Source: a virus
Taxonomy: Duplodnaviria; Caudoviricetes
IMG/VR virus record: IMGVR_UViG_3300025131_000039
Span: 1-59,958 of that record
Strand: one strand, 5' to 3'
Length of the DNA stretch: 59,958 nt
In this document: in pieces, positions 27,146 through 35,520 of the stretch
Layout: the number at the start of each line of letters is the position of its first letter
Position numbering within the stretch: the first letter of the stretch is position 1
The notes under the pieces: generated by a model
What the model saw: only the letters and a program-made list of their open reading frames with translations
Databases searched by the model: none
Told to the model about the DNA's origin: nothing
Program-made: the position numbers and the translations under genes

Positions 27146-27851
27146 GAATGGATGGGTTAATCTAGAGGACCACTTAGGTACTGACGTTACAGTAGTTAAT
27201 GCAGCAAGAGTATCCTTTGGTAAACAAATAAATATTATGAACGAACCAGATGAAAGGTTAATAGCTTATCTTGCCAAGCATAATCATTGGTCACCTTTCT
27301 CTCATTGTTATGTAGTGTTTCGTATCAGAGCACCTATCTTTGTAGCTCGTCAGTTAGTTAAGCATCAAGTAGGCTTGGCTTGGAATGAAATAAGTAGAAG
27401 ATATATTGACAAGCCACCTGAGTTTTGGTATCCCTCTAAGTGGAGAGAGAAAGCTGAAGATAAGAAGCAAGGATCAACAGACAATGAGGTGCATGGTAAT
27501 CAGTGGATACAGGAGAAGTATAATAAAGCTATTGAACTATGTCAGCAAACGTATGAAGATATGATAAAGGCAGGGGTCTGTCCTGAACAAGCCAGAACTA
27601 TACTACCTCAGTCCCTTTATACTGAATGGTACTGGAGTGGTAGTCTCTATGCCTTTGCCAGAGTATGTAATCTTAGATTAAGTCCAGATGCACAAGAAGA
27701 AACTAGATGGGTAGCAGAATGCATATCATATCATATGCATAAGTTATATCCTGTCTCATGGAGAGAACTTATGAAACATAAAATAGAAGAGGAGATGAGT
27801 GAACGTATGAAAGAAATATATAGTGGCACTTGGCCGGGTCCGGGTGTGTAA
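27138..27851 (+). CDS. thyX: Flavin-dependent thymidylate synthase
   Basis: VVNAARVSF, HWSPF, ARQLVKHQ...NEISRRY, PEQAR..LPQ, AQ.E. Confidence 0.95.
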   Translation: MTENGWVNLEDHLGTDVTVVNAARVSFGKQINIMNEPDERLIAYLAKHNHWSPFSHCYVVFRIRAPIFVARQLVKHQVGLAWNEISRRYIDKPPEFWYPSKWREKAEDKKQGSTDNEVHGNQWIQEKYNKAIELCQQTYEDMIKAGVCPEQARTILPQSLYTEWYWSGSLYAFARVCNLRLSPDAQEETRWVAECISYHMHKLYPVSWRELMKHKIEEEMSERMKEIYSGTWPGPGV

Positions 27852-27859
27852 CATGGAAA

Positions 27860-27909
27860 CTAATTAACCATATGTAGTAGTTCTTACGAACTACATATGG
27901 ATTAATTAG
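27860..27909 (+). repeat. Type A intergenic hairpin H6
   Basis: 50 bp identical to 32289-32338; ends 12 bp before primase-helicase ATG. Confidence 0.9.
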
Positions 27910-27921
27910 AAAGGGGAAAAT

Positions 27922-29544
27922 ATGCTGAAGAAACAGTGGCTCGACAGAGGGCCATGTCCTAAATGTAAGTCATCCGATGCTAATGTTAAGCATGAGCAGG
28001 GATATTCGTATTGCTTTAGTTGTAATACAAAGTTTGGTGATAATGTTGCTATTGTACCTAAACAAGAATGGACGGTGAAACCTATGTCAACAACTGGAAG
28101 TTGGGGTAATATTAGTGATCGTAAGATTACTATGGATACCGCAAAGAAATATAGTACAAAGATAAAGCAATCTGGTAACATCGTGACCCATCATCTGTAT
28201 GGTTACTTCAACGATAGTGGTGAGCAGATAGGTCACAAAGTTAGACAGTGCAAAGACAAAAGAATGTGGGTGGAAGGTGAGCTAACTGATGCCCTGTTGT
28301 TTGGTCAGAATATATTCTCACCGAAGGGTAAGTATATAACTATATGTGAAGGTGAAGTGGATGCCATGTCAGCCTATGAACTGATGGGATCTAAGTGGCC
28401 TTCTGTATCTATCAAGACAGGAGCTGGTTCAGCATTGCGTGATTGCAAGAATGCATTCACTTATCTGGATAGCTTTGATAACGTAATCATATGCTTTGAC
28501 ATGGACAAGCAAGGTCAAGAAGCTGCACAAGAAGTAGCTCAGTTGTTTGCACCTAACAAGGCAAGGATAGTACGTATGGATCACAAGGATGCTAATGAGT
28601 ATCTCAAGATGGGACAACGTGCTGCCTTCAATGATTGCTGGTGGAATGCAAAGCCATTCACACCTGCTGGTATAATTAATCTCAAAGACTTAGGCGAAAC
28701 ATTATACGATGAGGATTTCTGTGAGACTTGTCTCTATCCTTGGCCTCGTATGAATGAGAAGACCTATGGTATGCGAACAGGAGAACTGATTACATTCTGT
28801 AGTGGTAGTGGTATGGGTAAGTCAAGTATCATACGTGAACTTATGCATCACTTCCTACGTAATACAAAAGATAACATAGGTATACTTGCTCTTGAGGAGA
28901 GTGTGAAGAACACGGCATGGAACATCATGTCAGTGGAAGCAGATGCTAGGTTGTACATCAAGGAGATTAGAGATCAGTTTACACCAGAGCAATTGCAGAA
29001 GTTCCAAGCGGAGACTATTAACTCTGGTAGGTTCTTTGCCTTTGATCACTTTGGATCAGTGGACAATGACGAGATACTAGCAAGGGTTAGGTTTATGGCT
29101 CAAGCTCTTGATTGTAAATGGATTTGTCTGGATCACTTAAGCATACTTGTATCAGGTCAAGAGGATACAGATGAACGTAAGTCCATCGACATACTAATGA
29201 CCAAGCTACGATCTCTCGTGGAGCAGACAGGTATATGCTTGTTACTTGTATCCCATCTACGTAGGCCATCTGGTGACAGAGGACATGAGGATGGTAGGGA
29301 AGTAACACTCTCTCACTTGAGAGGTTCCGCATCCATAGGACATCTGAGTGATGGTGTCATTGGATTGGAGCGCAACCAGCAAGACGATGATCCAATCATA
29401 GCCAACACAACTACCATACGTATACTCAAGAACAGATATACAGGAGATACAGGTGTGGCTACACATTTATTTTATAACAAAGACACAGGTAGGATGACTG
29501 AAATAGACAACCCATTTGATGTAGGAGATACTAATGCCGATTAA
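27922..29544 (+). CDS. T7 gp4-like primase-helicase
   Basis: Zn finger CPKC...CFSC, TOPRIM EGEVDA/FDMD, Walker A GSGMGKS, LDHL, LRGS, KNRYTG. Confidence 0.95.
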   Translation: MLKKQWLDRGPCPKCKSSDANVKHEQGYSYCFSCNTKFGDNVAIVPKQEWTVKPMSTTGSWGNISDRKITMDTAKKYSTKIKQSGNIVTHHLYGYFNDSGEQIGHKVRQCKDKRMWVEGELTDALLFGQNIFSPKGKYITICEGEVDAMSAYELMGSKWPSVSIKTGAGSALRDCKNAFTYLDSFDNVIICFDMDKQGQEAAQEVAQLFAPNKARIVRMDHKDANEYLKMGQRAAFNDCWWNAKPFTPAGIINLKDLGETLYDEDFCETCLYPWPRMNEKTYGMRTGELITFCSGSGMGKSSIIRELMHHFLRNTKDNIGILALEESVKNTAWNIMSVEADARLYIKEIRDQFTPEQLQKFQAETINSGRFFAFDHFGSVDNDEILARVRFMAQALDCKWICLDHLSILVSGQEDTDERKSIDILMTKLRSLVEQTGICLLLVSHLRRPSGDRGHEDGREVTLSHLRGSASIGHLSDGVIGLERNQQDDDPIIANTTTIRILKNRYTGDTGVATHLFYNKDTGRMTEIDNPFDVGDTNAD

Positions 29545-30058
29545 ATTTGATAGAAATTTATATAATAAATATGATTCCTTAACTAAGAATGTTATGAGTC
29601 ATTGGTTATTATCTAAAGGTTATAAGGATATTAATACTGAAGAAACATATGGAGTAGATGTCGTATGTAAAGATAAGTTAGGTTTGGAGTGTTACTTTGA
29701 GACAGAGATAAAGACAAGCTGGCGTGACCATTGGCCTGAGTCTTGGAAGGAGATACGTATTCCATACAGGAAGCATAAGCTCATAGACAAGTGGGTAAGC
29801 TCAGTGAAATCGGAGGGGTGTATTGGTCCCTTAACCTTTGTCATATTCAACAAGCACTTGGATCAGGCATGGTTTATGGATGGCTCTATGGTTAGTGAGA
29901 GTGATGTTAAACCAGTGGACAATAGAAGGAGAGCAGCAGAGCCTTTCTATCATATCAAAGTAGCTGATGCTAAGTTAGTGAAGGTAATGCCAAGTCCAGT
30001 ATTAAAGGAGAAAGGTTATGACAAAGATTTACTCATTAATAGTAAGTACCCTAGCTAG
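29534..30058 (+). CDS. PD-(D/E)xK-like nuclease-fold protein
   Basis: E.YGVDV...FETEIK pattern. Confidence 0.5.
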   Translation: MPIKFDRNLYNKYDSLTKNVMSHWLLSKGYKDINTEETYGVDVVCKDKLGLECYFETEIKTSWRDHWPESWKEIRIPYRKHKLIDKWVSSVKSEGCIGPLTFVIFNKHLDQAWFMDGSMVSESDVKPVDNRRRAAEPFYHIKVADAKLVKVMPSPVLKEKGYDKDLLINSKYPS

Positions 30059-30263
30059 ATGGATACCCCTCTTGGTCTTTATACCCATATTATCGTGGAT
30101 GGTTATGATGCTTACCGTCTTAATCGTAAAGCATTATATAGAGGACTTACCGTACAGCAACGGCTTTTCAATGTGGCTATGTTCTTTAATTACAGCTTAC
30201 GTTTTCTGTCTGTATAACTTTATGAGGAGTAAACGTGTTAGTATCAATAACGAATCAAGCTGA
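30018..30263 (+). CDS. Membrane protein
   Basis: Two hydrophobic segments; aaggag RBS. Confidence 0.5.
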   Translation: MTKIYSLIVSTLARWIPLLVFIPILSWMVMMLTVLIVKHYIEDLPYSNGFSMWLCSLITAYVFCLYNFMRSKRVSINNESS

Positions 30264-30555
30264 CCATCATCTGTCAGGTATAGTTAAATCAGAGAATGCA
30301 ATAGGCATAGAGCTTGGTGTTAAAGGTGGTGGTTGTGCTGGCTTTACATACCAATGGGAAGTTTTGTTTGACATTCCTGATGAACATGATATAATTCCAC
30401 TTAAAGAAGGGAAGTTATATATTAAGAAAGAAGCAACGATGTTATTAATAAATACAACTATAGACTTCTCTACTGGTATTAATGGTAATTATATTATATT
30501 TAAGAATCCTAATGCTACATCACAGTGTGGATGTGGAGAAAGTTTTGGGATATGA
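30235..30555 (+). CDS. iscA: A-type Fe-S cluster carrier (IscA/SufA/HesB family)
   Basis: GVKGGGCAGF.Y and NPNATSQCGCGESF. Confidence 0.9.
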   Translation: MLVSITNQADHHLSGIVKSENAIGIELGVKGGGCAGFTYQWEVLFDIPDEHDIIPLKEGKLYIKKEATMLLINTTIDFSTGINGNYIIFKNPNATSQCGCGESFGI

Positions 30556-30761
30556 AATATAAAATGTGGGAACATTGGTGCCCAGTGGAACACACAACTA
30601 TAAACGTAGGAAACGGAGAGGAGTGTAACTGGTGTGGACAAGACGAGGAATATGAAAGTCGCAACCGTAGATATAGAAACAGATTCACTACAACCAACAT
30701 TAATCCATTGTATAGTAGCAAAGGATCATCAGACATCACAGATACAAGTGTGGGATCATAG
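30552..30761 (+). CDS. Small Cys-containing protein (overlaps polymerase start)
   Basis: HWCP...ECNWCG putative Zn ribbon. Confidence 0.4.
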   Translation: MKYKMWEHWCPVEHTTINVGNGEECNWCGQDEEYESRNRRYRNRFTTTNINPLYSSKGSSDITDTSVGS

Positions 30762-32292
30762 TAATCTTGATACGTTTAAGGATTGGGCTAAAACTATTGA
30801 TCGTTTTGTCATGCATAATGGTATTTCGTTTGATGCACCTAATCTTAACAAGCTACTAGGCACACAGATTAAGTTGGAACAGGTCATAGATACCTTGGTA
30901 TTATCACAACTTATCAATCCCATTAGAGATAAAGGTCATAGTCTTCAGGCATGGGGTGAACGGTTAGGTCATTACAAGATGGAGCATGAGGACTTCTCGC
31001 AGTACTCAAAGAGTATGCTTGAGTATTGTAAGAATGATGTTGAGTTAACCTATGAGGTATACAATCAGTTAGCTAAAGAAGGAGCTACCTTCTCCAAGAA
31101 ATCTATTCGTATGGAACATAAGGTACGTGCCATAGTAGATAAACAGGAGAAGAATGGCTTTGCTTTAGACATACGTAAGACCATAGGATTACTGTCTCGC
31201 CTCACTGATGAAGCTCAAGATCTTGAAGCATGGTCTAAGGTATCCTTTGAACCTACAGCAGTGGAGTTAAAGACCAAGACAAAGTACATACCATTTAATA
31301 TAGGATCACGACAGCAGATCGCTGATCGTTTGATGGAGCTTGGTTGGAAACCAAAGGAGTTCACTGAGAAGTCAGGACAACCTAAGATTAGTGAAGAGAT
31401 TCTTGATAAGATTAAGATGGAAGAAGCACATAAGTTTTCACGATACTTCCTATTGCAAAAGAGAATAGCTCAGATACAATCTTGGATTAATTCCTATGAC
31501 GATACCACTGGTAGGGTACATGGTAGAGTATTAACTCTAAAGACTATCACTGGCCGTATGGCTCACCATAGTCCTAACATGGCTCAGATACCAGCAGTAC
31601 GTAGTCCCTTTGGTAAGGAGTGTAGAGCCTGTTGGACTGTGGATAATCCACATACTCATACTCTGGTAGGTACAGATGCTTCTGGTCTTGAGCTACGATG
31701 CCTTGCCCATCTGATGGACAGTAAAGATTATACTAATGAGATCCTCAATGGTGATGTACATACAGCTAACATGAAGATGGCTGGCCTCACCGACAGGGAT
31801 CAAGCAAAGACATTTATCTATGCATTTATGTATGGAGCAGGTGCCGCCAAGATCGGTAAGATCGTAGGTGGTAACAAAGATCATGGACAGGAACTAATGG
31901 ATAGGTTCTTGTCTAATATGCCAGCCCTAAAACGTGTCCGTAACAGCGTTCAGAAGGCCGCTGAGAGGGGTATGATACGAGGGGTGGATGGCAGACACCT
32001 GCATATAAGATCACCTCATGCTGCTCTTAACACCTTAATACAAGGAGCAGGAGCAAGTATATGTAAGGATTGGCTTATTAATATGATACAAAGAATAAGC
32101 CACAAAGGAATTGATGCACGATTAGTTGCTTCAATACATGACGAGTACCAGTTCGAGGTAGCAAAGAAGGATGTGAACCAGTTCGGTATCATAACCAAGG
32201 ATGCTATCAAGGATACGGAACTCAAGTTAAAGTTCAGATGCCCACTGGATAGTACATGGAAGCATGGAACGACATGGGCTGAGACACACTAA
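30652..32292 (+). CDS. polA: Family A DNA polymerase with 3'-5' exonuclease (T7-like)
   Basis: DIET, HNG..FD, YC.NDV exonuclease motifs; DASGLELR, AKTFIYAFMYG, IHDE polymerase motifs. Confidence 0.95.
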   Translation: MKVATVDIETDSLQPTLIHCIVAKDHQTSQIQVWDHSNLDTFKDWAKTIDRFVMHNGISFDAPNLNKLLGTQIKLEQVIDTLVLSQLINPIRDKGHSLQAWGERLGHYKMEHEDFSQYSKSMLEYCKNDVELTYEVYNQLAKEGATFSKKSIRMEHKVRAIVDKQEKNGFALDIRKTIGLLSRLTDEAQDLEAWSKVSFEPTAVELKTKTKYIPFNIGSRQQIADRLMELGWKPKEFTEKSGQPKISEEILDKIKMEEAHKFSRYFLLQKRIAQIQSWINSYDDTTGRVHGRVLTLKTITGRMAHHSPNMAQIPAVRSPFGKECRACWTVDNPHTHTLVGTDASGLELRCLAHLMDSKDYTNEILNGDVHTANMKMAGLTDRDQAKTFIYAFMYGAGAAKIGKIVGGNKDHGQELMDRFLSNMPALKRVRNSVQKAAERGMIRGVDGRHLHIRSPHAALNTLIQGAGASICKDWLINMIQRISHKGIDARLVASIHDEYQFEVAKKDVNQFGIITKDAIKDTELKLKFRCPLDSTWKHGTTWAETH

Positions 32293-32338
32293 TTAACCAT
32301 ATGTAGTAGTTCTTACGAACTACATATGGATTAATTAG
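32289..32338 (+). repeat. Type A intergenic hairpin H7
   Basis: Identical to H6; its TAA is the polymerase stop codon. Confidence 0.9.
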
Positions 32339-32356
32339 ATTAAGGTAATTTTGTTG

Positions 32357-32385
32357 TTGACACCCTGATCTAATTATGAGATAAT
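32357..32385 (+). promoter_or_regulatory. sigma70-type promoter upstream of SSB
   Basis: TTGACA-17nt-GATAAT. Confidence 0.75.
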
Positions 32386-32422
32386 TCATTTTTAAACAAT
32401 AGATATATAGGAGATATAAAAT

Positions 32423-32896
32423 ATGTCAGTAATTTCTGGAATCGCTTATTGGGCTGCAATCACCAACCCTAACACTACCTTTGATAGTGATGGTGTATGG
32501 TCTGTAGACATCTGTAATCTGGATGAAAAGAGTTTAGCCACTGTTAAGAACGATGGCCTTATATTAAAGAATAAAGGCGATGAACGTGGTGACTTTGTTT
32601 CAGTTAAGCGTAAGGTTCGTAGGAAGGATGGTTCTCTCAACCGTGCTCCTGATCTGGTTGATGGTCAGAAGCGTACCATGTCCAACACCCTTATTGGAAA
32701 TGGCTCAGAGGTTAATGTTCACTACACTACCTATGAGTGGGAGTTTAAGGGCCGTCAAGGAGTGAGTGCGGATCTCCGTGCCGTACAAGTAACTAATCTT
32801 ATTCCTTACAACACAGAGGCAGATGAAGCCTTTGATGTTGTGGACGGTGCTTTCGTTTCAGAAGAAGGGGATGATGATATTCCCTTTGCTTCTTAG
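32423..32896 (+). CDS. ssDNA-binding protein (T7 gp2.5-like)
   Basis: IGNGS.V.V, L.AVQV..L..Y, acidic tail DDDIPF. Confidence 0.8.
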   Translation: MSVISGIAYWAAITNPNTTFDSDGVWSVDICNLDEKSLATVKNDGLILKNKGDERGDFVSVKRKVRRKDGSLNRAPDLVDGQKRTMSNTLIGNGSEVNVHYTTYEWEFKGRQGVSADLRAVQVTNLIPYNTEADEAFDVVDGAFVSEEGDDDIPFAS

Positions 32897-32911
32897 TAAG
32901 TAATTAATCTT

Positions 32912-32944
32912 GTGGGAGAGGTGTAGTGCCTCTCCTACTTTTTT
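32912..32944 (+). terminator. Rho-independent terminator after SSB
   Basis: gtgggagagg/cctctcctac stem followed by tttttt. Confidence 0.75.
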
Positions 32945-32947
32945 AAT

Positions 32948-33814
32948 ATGAAAGATATACATACATTAGTTGAAGATATCTATAGTCTTTTTGATCCAGA
33001 TGAATTACAGATGGATGAGAAGGAAATAGATAAACACGTAGATGAATTTGCAACCAACATAAAGGAGCATTTAAAACTATTCTTAAATGAGAAGCCTCGT
33101 AGTAGAAGTAATTTACGTCTATCAGCTATAGGTAAGAAGGATCGCCAGCTATGGTATGATATGTATACTACTGAGGATAAGATAATACCACTATCTTCTT
33201 CCACTCGTATCAAGTTTCTCTATGGTTATATACTTGAGGAACTTCTTATTGTATTGTCCAGACTAGCAGGACATACCGTTACTGATATGCAAAAGGAAGT
33301 TAGTGTGGAAGGAGTGAAGGGACATCAAGATTGTATGATTGATGGTGTCCTAGTAGATTGTAAGTCTGCATCTGATTATAGCTTTAAGAAGTTTGATAAG
33401 GGTAGGCTGGAGAGGGATGATCCATTCGGATACATTGCTCAGATATCAGCTTACGCAGAAGCTAATGATAAAGATGAGGCTGCATTCTTGGTTATCAATA
33501 AGGTAACTGGTGAGATATGTTTGTTACCTGTTCATTCTCTTGAGATGATTAATGCATCTGATAGGATTAAAGATCTTAAAGAGGTAATGAAACAGCAAGC
33601 TCCACCTGCCAGATGCTACTCCGATGTAGCTGATGGTGCTTCTGGTAACAGAAGGTTAGGTACTTCTTGTATATACTGTGCTCATAAGAAGTACTGTTGG
33701 AGTGATGCCAATGGTGGTGATGGATTGAGAGTCTTTAGATATGCAAATGGATATAGATATTTAACCACTGTATCTAGGACTCCTAAAGATGTACCAGAGG
33801 TTATAGATTGGTAG
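32948..33814 (+). CDS. Cas4-like PD-(D/E)xK exonuclease
   Basis: LRLS.IG..RQLWY, GH.D..IDG.LVD.KSAS, Y..Q...Y, C-terminal C..C.....C. Confidence 0.8.
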   Translation: MKDIHTLVEDIYSLFDPDELQMDEKEIDKHVDEFATNIKEHLKLFLNEKPRSRSNLRLSAIGKKDRQLWYDMYTTEDKIIPLSSSTRIKFLYGYILEELLIVLSRLAGHTVTDMQKEVSVEGVKGHQDCMIDGVLVDCKSASDYSFKKFDKGRLERDDPFGYIAQISAYAEANDKDEAAFLVINKVTGEICLLPVHSLEMINASDRIKDLKEVMKQQAPPARCYSDVADGASGNRRLGTSCIYCAHKKYCWSDANGGDGLRVFRYANGYRYLTTVSRTPKDVPEVIDW

Positions 33815-34524
33815 ATCACCATTGGTTGAAGTTTGGTAGTGATAAGACATTCCATGCTGACACATACAAGTTTGGCTTTGTCTATATCATTACCAACCTT
33901 CAGACTACCAAGGCATACATCGGATGTAAACAGTATATGATTAAGGCTAAGTTCGGAGAGAAGGAATCAAACTGGAGAGTATATACTGGTTCTTCCAAGT
34001 GGCTCAATGAAGACATAGAGAAGCTAGGTAAGAAGCATTTCAAGTTTGAGATCATAGCAGAGTATAAGAACAGACGTAGTCTTAGATACTATGAGCTGTA
34101 CTATCAGATGAAATATAATGTGCTTGCTTCTACTTTAGAAGGTACAGATGAACCAGCCTACTATAACTCACGAGTAGGTGGTAAGTTCTATCGGCCTGTT
34201 GAGAGCTATGAAGATCCTGAATATAGAAGGAAACAATCTGAGTCTTCAAATAAAAGATGGAGTGATCCTGAAAAGAGAAAGAAAATATCTGAGTCTTTAA
34301 AAAATTCTGAAGCATTTCAAAAATCTAGGAAAGATCCTGAATATAGAAGGAAACAATCTGAGGCTATGAAGAAAAGATGTGAAGATCCTGAATATAGAAA
34401 GAAACTGTCTGAGGCTGCGCAGAAAAGAACTGTTAATTATGATACTGAATATAGAAAGAAACTGTCTGAGGCTGCGAAGAAAGGATGGGTCAAAAGGAAA
34501 AGAAAGAAGAATGCAAGACGATGA
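33808..34524 (+). CDS. GIY-YIG family endonuclease with repeated C-terminal basic helices
   Basis: GFVYIITN...AYIG.K, Y.GSS, YYN; DPEYR[RK]K.SE repeats. Confidence 0.75.
   Translation: MVDHHWLKFGSDKTFHADTYKFGFVYIITNLQTTKAYIGCKQYMIKAKFGEKESNWRVYTGSSKWLNEDIEKLGKKHFKFEIIAEYKNRRSLRYYELYYQMKYNVLASTLEGTDEPAYYNSRVGGKFYRPVESYEDPEYRRKQSESSNKRWSDPEKRKKISESLKNSEAFQKSRKDPEYRRKQSEAMKKRCEDPEYRKKLSEAAQKRTVNYDTEYRKKLSEAAKKGWVKRKRKKNARR
34209..34480 (+). repeat. Coding tandem repeats (ga.cctgaatatagaa.gaaac..tctgag), ~5 units
   Basis: Units begin near 34210, 34262, 34331, 34381, 34441. Confidence 0.8.
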
Positions 34525-34855
34525 CATAGATATATTTGTAGATCCTATCATTCAGTTCGATCACGAGGAACCTGAACGTAGGTTATTCTTGGCTATAATT
34601 GGTCGAGCACTTATAGATATATTAAAGAAACCTAACAAGAATACACAGACATATCAAGAGGATATAGTTATCAGGGACCGTGCTCATGCATGGTTCTTTT
34701 GTAGTATTGGAGTAACGTGTGACAACTTTGAATTTATATGTGATGGTGCAGGTATAGAACCGTCACAGGTTAGGAGCTTTGCTCTTACAGCTATGCATTC
34801 AAAGAAGAAGAAGAACATAATATACAAGATCTATAATATAATAACGGAGAAATAA
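34511..34855 (+). CDS. Conserved phage hypothetical protein
   Basis: PERRLF.AII..A..D, A.AWF, F..IC..AG..P. Confidence 0.65.
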   Translation: MQDDDIDIFVDPIIQFDHEEPERRLFLAIIGRALIDILKKPNKNTQTYQEDIVIRDRAHAWFFCSIGVTCDNFEFICDGAGIEPSQVRSFALTAMHSKKKKNIIYKIYNIITEK

Positions 34856-34856
34856 A

Positions 34857-35297
34857 GTGTATGACGAGGGACAACTTGACTTCTTTAAGAAAGAAATTAT
34901 AATAGAATTAGATGAGAATAGTAGAACATGTACTGAATGTAATAAGACAAAACTATTAGATGATTTCCCAAATGATCCTACTATGTACCAAGGAAAGAGA
35001 CACCAATGCAGACAGTGTACTAATGTTCATGTACGTGTTGTAAATTTCTTAAAAACAAAACATAGGTATCCTGATGATGATTACAAGTGTCCTATTTGTG
35101 AGAAAAGTTTTGAGGGTAAGGTACGTAGAAAGGGAATAACATGGTGCCTTGATCATTGCCATATAACAAACCAATTCAGGGGATGGCTTTGCGAGAATTG
35201 TAATTCAGGGATAGGGAAGTTAAAGGATAGTGTTGAGTTATTACAAAGAGCAATAAAATATTTAGAGGGGAATGTAGGCGATGACAAACGGAGCTAA
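34857..35297 (+). CDS. Endonuclease VII-like (His-Me) nuclease
   Basis: CPIC, LDHCH...FRGWLC.NCN.GIG. Confidence 0.85.
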   Translation: MYDEGQLDFFKKEIIIELDENSRTCTECNKTKLLDDFPNDPTMYQGKRHQCRQCTNVHVRVVNFLKTKHRYPDDDYKCPICEKSFEGKVRRKGITWCLDHCHITNQFRGWLCENCNSGIGKLKDSVELLQRAIKYLEGNVGDDKRS

Positions 35298-35520
35298 AGA
35301 ACATCAGGTTGGTGGTGATCATTATAAGAACTTGACCATAGGACCAACAGAGTATATAATGGCTAACAAACTTAACTGGTGTGAAGGTAATGCAGTTAAG
35401 TATATTACCAGACATCGTATTAAAGGTGAAGGATTACAAGACCTGTTAAAAGCAGTACATTATATTAACTTATTAATTGAACTTGAATATGGGGAGAGTA
35501 GTGATGAGTCTACCGACTGA
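35281..35520 (+). CDS. DUF3310 family protein
   Basis: QVGGDHY, EGNAVKY..R...K....DL.KA.HY. Confidence 0.85.
   Translation: MTNGAKEHQVGGDHYKNLTIGPTEYIMANKLNWCEGNAVKYITRHRIKGEGLQDLLKAVHYINLLIELEYGESSDESTD

Noticed and set aside
34209-34480. CRISPR array
   Set aside because: Repeats are in-frame coding units with short, related spacers; the neighbouring Cas4-like gene is a common phage exonuclease
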